Source: an uncultured Gammaproteobacteria bacterium (GTDB lineage Bacteria > Patescibacteriota > Patescibacteriia > Buchananbacterales > UBA6539). Taken from it: DNA of 64,000 bases. The stretch is from contig CAZINP010000001.1 in assembly GCA_964540635.1 (NCBI GenBank), positions 171,263 to 235,262 of the forward strand. Direction: 5' to 3'. Under the pieces are notes generated by a model. The model had not been told where the DNA came from and did not search any database. It worked only from the letters and a program-made list of their open reading frames with translations. This document shows, piece after piece, positions 56,839-64,000 of the stretch (position 1 is the stretch's first letter; the number at the start of each line of letters is the position of its first letter). The position numbers and the translations under genes were made by a program.

Positions 56839-57183
56839 TTATTCGGTAATTTCTGGTTCACTTGGGGCTTGGGCTGCTTCTTCGGTTTTTTCAACTTTTG
56901 CTCCCTTGCCCTTCAAAGCTTCTTTTAAATTTTTTCCGGCCTTGAACTTTGGCACTTTGACCGGAGGAATATCGATTTTTTCAGAGGGATTTCTGGGGTT
57001 AACGCCAATTCTGCCTTTTCTGGTTCTGGCTGAAAATGCGCCGAAACCGGTTAGAGTAACTTCGTCGCCGCCATTAATTTTTTCAGTGATAGTGTCAAGC
57101 ATAACATCAATTATATCTTCAACTTCCTTTTTGGTAACATTGGTCTTTTGACTTATTGCTTCAATGAGTTCAGCTTTGTTCAT
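56839..57183 (-). CDS. HU/IHF-family DNA-binding protein with lysine/alanine-rich C-terminal extension
   Basis: MNKAELIEAISQKTNVTKKEVEDIIDVMLDTITEK...GFGAFSARTRKGRIGVNPRNPSEKIDIP. Confidence 0.85.
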   Translation of the reverse strand: MNKAELIEAISQKTNVTKKEVEDIIDVMLDTITEKINGGDEVTLTGFGAFSARTRKGRIGVNPRNPSEKIDIPPVKVPKFKAGKNLKEALKGKGAKVEKTEEAAQAPSEPEITE

Positions 57184-57238
57184 ATTTTTTCTCCTTTCAG
57201 CGCCAAATTGCGCTTATTACTTAGGCAATTTTATTTTA

Positions 57239-58054
57239 CTAAATTAAGACAAATTTGTCCACCCTCTGTATTTCTTTGGCCAATTTAGTATTCGGGTCAA
57301 AATCTATTAGAATGGCATTTACTTGAGCATAACCGTTTTCCGGTATTTCAATTATATTGCCGGTTTGATTTAGGAAGTTCTTAATGATTTGGTCTTTTGA
57401 AACGCCAATAACCGAATCTCTTGCACCCACCATGCCAACATCAGAAACAAAAGCGGTTCCTTGAGTTAAAATTTTGGCATCAGCAGTCGGAACGTGAGTG
57501 TGTGTGCCCAAAACTGCCGTCACCCGACCATCGGCATACCAGCCAAGAGCGGTTTTTTCGGAAGTGGCTTCGGCGTGGAAATCAACAATGATGCCGGCAA
57601 TTTTATTCAGGTCAACTTTTTTTAAAATTTCATCAAGCTTTCTGAACGGATCATCAAATTGTTCACGAATGAAAACGCGGCCCATTAAATTGATTAAGAG
57701 AATATTTCTGGATCCGACAGAAAAGATGCGGTATTCACTTCCGGGCACGCTAGCCGGATAATTGGCCGGACGAATTATTTTACTGTTTGGTGAGTTTAGA
57801 ATTTCTTCCGCTTCCGGCTTGCCGAAGGCATGATTGCCTGACGTAAAAAAATCAATGCCGGCAGCCGATAGTTCATCAAGAATTTTTTGAGTAAATCCAA
57901 TGCCATGAGCTGAGTTTTCCGCATTGGCCACAATAAAATCCGGCTGATATTCAGCTTTTAATTCCGGCAATATTTTTGCAATGGCTTGTCGGCCAATTCG
58001 TCCGACAATGTCGCCAAAAAACAGAAACTTCATATTTTTAGCGGGCGTATTCAA
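57239..58054 (-). CDS. YmdB-like (TIGR00282) metallophosphoesterase
   Basis: MKFLFFGDIVGRIGRQAI...ANAENSAHGIG. Overlaps the rny 3' end as in the rny-ymdB operon. Confidence 0.85.
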   Translation of the reverse strand: MNTPAKNMKFLFFGDIVGRIGRQAIAKILPELKAEYQPDFIVANAENSAHGIGFTQKILDELSAAGIDFFTSGNHAFGKPEAEEILNSPNSKIIRPANYPASVPGSEYRIFSVGSRNILLINLMGRVFIREQFDDPFRKLDEILKKVDLNKIAGIIVDFHAEATSEKTALGWYADGRVTAVLGTHTHVPTADAKILTQGTAFVSDVGMVGARDSVIGVSKDQIIKNFLNQTGNIIEIPENGYAQVNAILIDFDPNTKLAKEIQRVDKFVLI

Positions 58055-59564
58055 CGATTCTTTTCTCTCTGATTAGAGTTACTTTTATTTCACCCGGATA
58101 TTTTAATTCTTCCTCAATTTTTTTTGCAATTTCTTTGGCCAATTTAATGGAGGCCAAATCATCAAGTTCTTCGGGCATTACAAAGACGCGGATTTCGCGG
58201 CCGGCTTGAATGGCGTAAGCTTTTTCCACGCCGCTAAAGGTTGTGGCCACCTTTTCCAATTCTTCCAAGCGTTGGAGATATTGTTCATAGGTGTCTTTTC
58301 TGGCTCCTGGTCTGGCACCGGAAATGGCGTCAGCCACCTTAACGATGATTGCTTCCAAAGTTTTTGGACTATCATCGTGATGAGATCTGGCGATGTAAGC
58401 GATCTCTTCGGGCAAGCCGAATTTCTTTAAAATGTCATAGCCAATCTCGGGGTGAGTGCCTTGAACCTCGTGGTCAACGGCCTTACCGATATCGTGCAAT
58501 AAACCGCCTTTTTTGGCGATGGTTACATCAGCACCAAGCTCTTCGGCCAATAGCGCAGAGATGTGAGCAATTTCAATTGAGTGCTGCAAGATATTTTGAC
58601 CATAACTGGTGCGGTATTTTAAACGACCGACAATTTGAACCAGCTTTGGGTCAAGTCCGGTAATGCCTAATTCGTAGGTTGTATTTTCACCCGCGTTTTT
58701 AATTTCAAGGGCGATTTCTTTTTTCGCATTTTCAATCGCTTCTTCAATTTTTACCGGATGAATTCTGCCGTCGGTAATCAATTTTTCCAAAGCCTTTTTC
58801 GCCACCTGGCGTCTGATGGGTGAAAAGCCGGAAACGGTAATGGCCTGAGGCGTATCATCAACGATAATTTCTACGCCGGTTAAGCGCTCAATTGTTCTGA
58901 TATTTCTGCCTTCACGACCGATTATTCTGCCCTTCATTTCATCAGAGGGCAAATCAATAACTGAGGTTGTTGTCTCGGTAGCGTGGGAAACCGCGCAGCG
59001 CTGAATAGCCAAAGAAAGCATTTCTTTGGCTTTTTTATCCAGGTCTTCTGCGGCCACCTGATTTAATTTTTTGTATCTAACAACCAAGTCATCTTTAATT
59101 TCTCGTTCGGTGTTATCAAGCAAAACTTTTTTAGCCTCGTCTTTTGAGAGGCCGGCAATTTTTTCCAGTTTTGCCATTTGCTCTTCTTTGATTTTGGAAA
59201 TTTCAGTTTTAACCTTATCAATTCTTTCCGCTTTATCGAGCAAGTCTTGTTTTTTATTTTCCAATTCAAGCAATTTTTGATCAAAAAGCGCTTCGCGTCC
59301 TTCCAGTCTTTTTTGAGAGCGGTTTAATTCTTGCTGTCTTTGGCGTTCTTCAACCTTGGCTTCCTCAATAATTTTAAGAGCTTTGTCATTGGCGGCCAAT
59401 AAAATTTCTTTTTGTTTGGCCTTGGCGTCGTTGATCAAGTTTTCAACCTTGGCTTCAATGGAATCTCTTTTCTTGATGGCATACAGTTTTCGCAACTGGT
59501 AGCCGCCGATGCTGCCGACCACGGCGGTCAAAATTACAGCACCGATCCAAATAAATGTATACAT
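58038..59564 (-). CDS. rny: Ribonuclease Y
   Basis: N-terminal TM helix, coiled coil, KH domain, and HD domain (LLHDIGKAVDHE). Confidence 0.95.
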   Translation of the reverse strand: MYTFIWIGAVILTAVVGSIGGYQLRKLYAIKKRDSIEAKVENLINDAKAKQKEILLAANDKALKIIEEAKVEERQRQQELNRSQKRLEGREALFDQKLLELENKKQDLLDKAERIDKVKTEISKIKEEQMAKLEKIAGLSKDEAKKVLLDNTEREIKDDLVVRYKKLNQVAAEDLDKKAKEMLSLAIQRCAVSHATETTTSVIDLPSDEMKGRIIGREGRNIRTIERLTGVEIIVDDTPQAITVSGFSPIRRQVAKKALEKLITDGRIHPVKIEEAIENAKKEIALEIKNAGENTTYELGITGLDPKLVQIVGRLKYRTSYGQNILQHSIEIAHISALLAEELGADVTIAKKGGLLHDIGKAVDHEVQGTHPEIGYDILKKFGLPEEIAYIARSHHDDSPKTLEAIIVKVADAISGARPGARKDTYEQYLQRLEELEKVATTFSGVEKAYAIQAGREIRVFVMPEELDDLASIKLAKEIAKKIEEELKYPGEIKVTLIREKRIVEYAR

Positions 59565-59951
59565 AAAAATCTATCTCTATGAAGATAGAAAATTAGTTTT
59601 TAATTGGAGCGGCTTATGTGTAAATTGCACTTAAGCCTTGAAGATATGAAATCAGGCTCAGTAAAATTACTGAGTGAATGAGTGCAAGCTAATTTTTCCG
59701 CAAGGGAAAAGGGAGTTATTTTTCACGTTTTTGGGAAAGTAATGGGGGAAATATAGCTTTTTTCCGACTGATCTGGAATCTCTTGCTCCAAACTGCTAAT
59801 TTTCTATATCCAATTTAGTTAATTACTTATTTACGATATTAGCACAAAAATGCGATTTTGGCAAGGGTTAAAATTAAGCAGAAAATTGAGTTTTTTTAAA
59901 TAAAAAAAGGGAGAGCAGAGCTTCCCTTTGGGTGTTTTTTGGCCAGCTGCT

Positions 59952-60230
59952 TTAAACCGTCGTGTTGAGCGGTCCGGTTAGAGCAAGGCCGGCGACCTCG
60001 GTTTTATGCCGGCAAGCCGGGCATTTGTGGTTTTCATTTATGAACCACAAATAGATGATTTGACCGCAAGAGCGGCAGGTGCCCTCACCTTCAAAGAGCT
60101 CAAAGACAAGGTCGTTTTTCGTCAGCGCCCTGCGGCAAGCCGGGCAGGAATGCCACAGGTTAACGTACCATTGGTAGATGATTTGGCCGCAGTGCGGGCA
60201 AAATGCCTCGCCGCGATTCAAGGTGGTCAT
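59952..60230 (-). CDS. Tandem double zinc-ribbon protein (GC-rich gene)
   Basis: Two repeats of CxxCGQIIY(Q/L)W(Y/F)...CPACR. GC visibly above background. Terminator AAGGGA...TCCCTT follows at about 59905-59940. Confidence 0.5.
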   Translation of the reverse strand: MTTLNRGEAFCPHCGQIIYQWYVNLWHSCPACRRALTKNDLVFELFEGEGTCRSCGQIIYLWFINENHKCPACRHKTEVAGLALTGPLNTTV

Positions 60231-60526
60231 GGCTTATCCTCCATGGTTATTGCCAAAAAACGTTTTATGCAAAGATCTAAAAAAGCCAACCTTTTTGGGG
60301 AAGAGATTGGCTTTTTTAGACCAAAAAAACTCTTGGGCAAGAGTCTTTTTCATCTTTGTTATCTTCCCCTTATTTGTTTGCGTAAAGCAAACGGGCTGAA
60401 TTTAGCACCAATCCCATGGGGACGGTTGCCGGCTGCCATTGGGTCAGTTCCCTTAGCAAGCAGCACTCTTGATAACCTCTTTGTTGTTAATGTATAAAAA
60501 TATTTTAGAGCAAAGACAATGATTTG

Positions 60527-61042
60527 TCAAATTGCTTCGTTTATTGTTATCCAGTAGTGGCAGGTGTCAGCTTTTGTATCTTCAAGCTTTCCGCCGCAGC
60601 TTTCAATTACCTTTTGGGAGGCAATATTTTTTTTATCGCAAGTTAATAATGCTTGATTGACACCAATTTTAAGCAATTCATTCAGAGTTAAGTTTAATAT
60701 CTTTTTGCCGTAACCCAAATTTCGTTTATCTTTTCTTATCCCATAGCCAATGTGCCCGCCCCTGGCTTTTAGACTCTCGGTAAGGGCATGACGCATTTTG
60801 GAATAGCCAATAACTTCGTTGTCCTCAAAAAGCCAAAATACGGTTTGGGCGACTTTCCCGGGCTCTGGCTTTGTTGCGCCTTCATATAACTTTTGTATAT
60901 AATCGGCAAAATCTTCCATGGTCATGCCAAAACCGTTATTGATAAAGCCGTTTTCGTTTTTATCAATTCCTTGCATCATATCCCAGATTCGCTTGTCGTT
61001 TTTATCTGAGAGTGAAATTTTTTTTAGATAGCATGGAGACAT
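60527..61042 (-). CDS. GNAT-family N-acetyltransferase
   Basis: Acetyl-CoA binding pattern RGGHIGYGIRKDKRNLGYGKKIL. Confidence 0.75.
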   Translation of the reverse strand: MSPCYLKKISLSDKNDKRIWDMMQGIDKNENGFINNGFGMTMEDFADYIQKLYEGATKPEPGKVAQTVFWLFEDNEVIGYSKMRHALTESLKARGGHIGYGIRKDKRNLGYGKKILNLTLNELLKIGVNQALLTCDKKNIASQKVIESCGGKLEDTKADTCHYWITINEAI

Positions 61043-61044
61043 TT

Positions 61045-61407
61045 TTATTTGAGATAAATAATTTTTTTAGGTGTTAGCAAAATTGTGCCTTTGGCCGGCA
61101 GGTTGGAATTTTCTTTCATTTTTTTAACGTAATCTTGCCATTTGCCCTGACTATAATATTTCGCTTGGCCGATAATTTTTATTCCAAACCAGTTTTTATC
61201 CCAAACAGCTAAACAAACGCGTGGATTATTTAAAATATTTTTTCTGGTTTGAGCCATGTAATTATCGGTAATGATAATTTTTTCGTCAGAAGCGATTTTT
61301 AGAAAGGCCACGACGCTAATATTGGGTCGGTTTTTTGAATCGGTTGTGGCAAGAGCGGCCGGGTTATTTAGTATAAGTTTTTTTATTTTTGAATCAAGTT
61401 TCTGCAT
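61045..61407 (-). CDS. Pyridoxamine 5'-phosphate oxidase-like FMN-binding split-barrel protein
   Basis: 120 aa. PNPOx-like pattern (PAALATTD...PNISVVAF...ITDNYMAQTRKNI). Confidence 0.55.
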   Translation of the reverse strand: MQKLDSKIKKLILNNPAALATTDSKNRPNISVVAFLKIASDEKIIITDNYMAQTRKNILNNPRVCLAVWDKNWFGIKIIGQAKYYSQGKWQDYVKKMKENSNLPAKGTILLTPKKIIYLK

Positions 61408-63078
61408 TTATTTTAGAATCATTTTATCTTGCTCCAGTTTGAGTTGAGCCATGGTTTTAGGGGTCCATTTTTCCCGGCTTAAAACTTTTGAAATCCAATG
61501 GCCACCCAAAAAATGGGGCATCATAACAAAGTTAGCACCGTGATCATATAATGTTTTTGCATCATTTTTATGATAAGCATTGGCGATGATTAATATTTTT
61601 TTATTCGTTGACCTGACAAATTCAATCAAATTTATTTGATCATCCACGGTGGGGATGGTCATGATAACAATTCTGCTTTGGGCCAGCGAAAGCTCTTGGA
61701 GGAATTCAATATCAGCAATGTCGCCAAAATAAAAAGGAATTTTTTCTTTTCGCAGTTTGTCAGCGGCGGTTGGGTCAAAATCAATTACGGCATAACTTTT
61801 TTTAAGTTTGGCCAAAGCCTCGCCAACTTTAATGCCGATGCGGTGATAGCCGACAATCCACGCGTCAAATTTTTTGTTTGTTTTTTCAACTTGTTGATAT
61901 TTGTCTGAGCCGAATAATCTGAATAGGGGTAAAAGAAATCGATAAATTTTTTCGTTGTAATAAATTAAATAGGAAGAAATAAAAATGGTGCTGATGGCCA
62001 CGGCTGTAAAAATTGGGATTTCTTGGCCGCTTAGGTGTCCTGATTGTCGGCCGGCAAAAAGTAAAACAAAACCGAATTCGCTGACTTGTGCAGCCGTTAA
62101 GCCGGCCAGAAAGCTGTTGCGTCTGGTAAATTTAAGAAGTCTGAACAAAATGTAAAGAATAAGCGGATTGCCAATTAGAATAAAAATCGACAATATTATG
62201 CCGGGAATTAAAACGCTTTCCAGGGAGCTAAAACTCATTTCGCTGCCCAAAACAATAAAAAATAAAATTAAAAAGAAATCCCTAAGAGGTTTGATGCGGC
62301 TGCCGATTTGTAATTGATAGGGTGAGGAGCTAAGAGCAATGCCGGAAATAATTGCACCAATCTCCAATGAAAATCCGAGCCAAAAAAGCAAGCTGGCAAT
62401 CCCAAAGCACCAGGTTAAAGTAAAAAGAAATAATAACTCGCTGGTTTGGGCAATTTTATCTAAAATTTTTGGCAGCAGGTATTTGCTGATTAAAAATAGG
62501 ATAAAAGCAGCCGCTAAGATTTTTAGCAATAATAAAGCGGCAATCTCCCAACTGCCACCGGTATCATTTTTAAATATTCCCAGGGCAACAACCAAAATAA
62601 CAGCGATTACGTCTTGGACCAGCATCAAACCAATGGTGTAGCGGCCATAAACCGTATCAGTATCTTTTTTGTCAGAAAGCAATTTCATGATAACAATGGT
62701 GCTGGAAAAAGTCATGGCCAGGGCCAGATAGCCGGCAACAATCAGCGGCATTTTTAGGGCAAGTAAAATTATTATCCCAAAAACAGAAGTAAAAATTACC
62801 TGGCCCAAGCCGGTAATTAATGAAACGCGGCCGATTGATTTTAGCTGTTTAAAGTTTAAATTTAGACCGATGATAAATAAAAGTAGAATTACGCCAAATT
62901 GAGCAAAAGCTTCGTAGAGTTTATGATCGCCGTGCAAAAGATTTAAAATAAATGGCCCGCAGACAATACCGGCAAAAATATAAGCAATGATTAATGGCTG
63001 CTTAATCAGCCTGATGATAAAAGTAATGCCAACGGCAATTGTCAGAAGTAAACTGATTTGTATAAAAATGCTGTCCAT
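61408..63078 (-). CDS. Cation:proton antiporter (CPA2/Kef-type) fused to RCK/TrkA-N domain
   Basis: About 12 TM helices followed by a Rossmann-like KTN domain (IVGYHRIGIKVGEAL). Confidence 0.75.
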   Translation of the reverse strand: MDSIFIQISLLLTIAVGITFIIRLIKQPLIIAYIFAGIVCGPFILNLLHGDHKLYEAFAQFGVILLLFIIGLNLNFKQLKSIGRVSLITGLGQVIFTSVFGIIILLALKMPLIVAGYLALAMTFSSTIVIMKLLSDKKDTDTVYGRYTIGLMLVQDVIAVILVVALGIFKNDTGGSWEIAALLLLKILAAAFILFLISKYLLPKILDKIAQTSELLFLFTLTWCFGIASLLFWLGFSLEIGAIISGIALSSSPYQLQIGSRIKPLRDFFLILFFIVLGSEMSFSSLESVLIPGIILSIFILIGNPLILYILFRLLKFTRRNSFLAGLTAAQVSEFGFVLLFAGRQSGHLSGQEIPIFTAVAISTIFISSYLIYYNEKIYRFLLPLFRLFGSDKYQQVEKTNKKFDAWIVGYHRIGIKVGEALAKLKKSYAVIDFDPTAADKLRKEKIPFYFGDIADIEFLQELSLAQSRIVIMTIPTVDDQINLIEFVRSTNKKILIIANAYHKNDAKTLYDHGANFVMMPHFLGGHWISKVLSREKWTPKTMAQLKLEQDKMILK

Positions 63079-63081
63079 ATA

Positions 63082-63300
63082 TTACAGTTTTTCAATTTCT
63101 TTTAGATCTTTGTCGGGAAAGTATAAAATTGCCAGACCAATGATTGTTCCAAAAAATCCCGACCAAAAATGATTGCCGTTTAAATAAAAGAAGTCAACAG
63201 CGTCTAATACATACCAAATTCCACGCCAAACTAAAACAAAGCCAACAACCGTTGAAAGATTTTTGGCCAGGTAATTTAAAGTTAAAATTTTTTTGCGCAT
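63082..63300 (-). CDS. Small membrane protein
   Basis: 72 aa, two hydrophobic helices, immediately downstream of the antiporter. Confidence 0.4.
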   Translation of the reverse strand: MRKKILTLNYLAKNLSTVVGFVLVWRGIWYVLDAVDFFYLNGNHFWSGFFGTIIGLAILYFPDKDLKEIEKL

Positions 63301-63398
63301 ATTTTTATTTTTATATTATTAATTTTAACAAAAAAAATTAAAAAAAGCCATTTTTAATAAAAAAACACCGCCGTTTGATCAGGCGGTGTTTCAAAATA

Positions 63399-63980
63399 TT
63401 ATTTATTGGTGAGAATTTTATCAATGATACCGTATTTTTTTGCTTCTTCGGCCGACATAAAGTGGTCCCTATCGGTATCTTTGTCGATTTTGGATAAATT
63501 TTGGTTTGTATGTTTGGCCAAAATTTGATCCAACCGACTTTTGATTTTCAGAATATGCTCGGCCCTGATTTTAATATCGGTTGCTTGGCCCTCGGCACCA
63601 CCCATAACCTGATGAATCATCACTTCGGCGTTGGGTAGAGCAATGCGCTTGCCTTTTGTGCCAGCGGCCAGCAAAACGGCGGCCATGGAGGCGGCGGTGC
63701 CGACGCACAAAGTGGTGATGTCGGGCTTTACGTATTGCATCGTATCATAAATTGCCAAACCGGCCGTGACAGAGCCGCCGGGAGAATTGATGTAGAGCTT
63801 AATATCTTTTTTGCTGTCTTCACTTTCTAAAAATAAAAGCTGGGCAATAACAGTATTGGCCACCGAATCATCAATGGCTGAACCCAAAAAAATTATTCTT
63901 TCTTTGAGTAGGCGAGAATAAATGTCATAGGCTCTTTCGCCATAAGTTGATTTTTCAATTACAGTTGGGATTAAATGCAT
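63399..63980 (-). CDS. clpP: ATP-dependent Clp protease proteolytic subunit
   Basis: YINSPGGSV...[18 protein letters not shown]...MIHQVMGG catalytic-triad context. Minus-strand terminator at about 63365-63389. Confidence 0.95.
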   Translation of the reverse strand: MHLIPTVIEKSTYGERAYDIYSRLLKERIIFLGSAIDDSVANTVIAQLLFLESEDSKKDIKLYINSPGGSVTAGLAIYDTMQYVKPDITTLCVGTAASMAAVLLAAGTKGKRIALPNAEVMIHQVMGGAEGQATDIKIRAEHILKIKSRLDQILAKHTNQNLSKIDKDTDRDHFMSAEEAKKYGIIDKILTNK

Positions 63981-64000
63981 ATTGGTAATTTTTAGTAAAT

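Noticed and set aside
60006-60497. Plus-strand 163-aa ORF
   Set aside because: It lies antisense to the well-structured double zinc-ribbon gene and its leader. It is GC-driven and has no motifs.
1-64000. CRISPR arrays or cas genes anywhere in the window
   Set aside because: No regularly spaced short direct repeats were seen, and no Cas-like proteins appear among the ORFs.

Overview
This is a visibly AT-rich, gene-dense bacterial window. The gene content (lamin-tail-domain and giant LamG surface proteins, pilB/pilT, CBS-less IMPDH, minimal housekeeping set) suggests a small-genome Patescibacteria/CPR-like organism; that placement is inference. I call about 60 CDS, including guaB, guaA, an S41 peptidase, a sensor histidine kinase, pflA/pflB, tsaD/tsaE, pilB, ftsH, rpsA, gyrA, rpmF, nusB, rnc, pilT, two HU paralogs, rny and clpP. 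There are three tRNAs: Leu-TAG, Glu-TTC and Arg-TCG. Several intrinsic terminators and sigma70-like promoters are visible.

The most interesting locus is a roughly 3.2 kb island next to tRNA-Glu (about 28398-31564). It is bounded by a 41-nt direct repeat with one mismatch. It carries a stand-alone 449-aa reverse transcriptase (YSDD active site, no group II intron domains), an Rpf/lysin-like peptidoglycan hydrolase, and a GC-rich structured noncoding segment of about 190 nt. That segment is itself flanked by 25-nt direct copies of the tRNA-Glu 3' end. I read this as a candidate RT plus ncRNA (retron/DRT-like) element at a tRNA integration hotspot.

Other observations:
- GC-rich compositional islands in an AT-rich genome: an ankyrin protein, a Cys-rich secreted protein, two zinc-ribbon proteins, and a 400-nt ORF-incoherent GC-rich element with a strong minus-strand terminator.
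- Three tandem stand-alone 7TM sensor-module genes homologous to the N-terminus of a nearby histidine kinase.
- A 24-nt motif present three times inside hairpin contexts within a 3-kb ORF-poor region.
- A promoter/terminator-bounded candidate sRNA with 15-bp terminal inverted repeats.
- No CRISPR array or cas genes seen.
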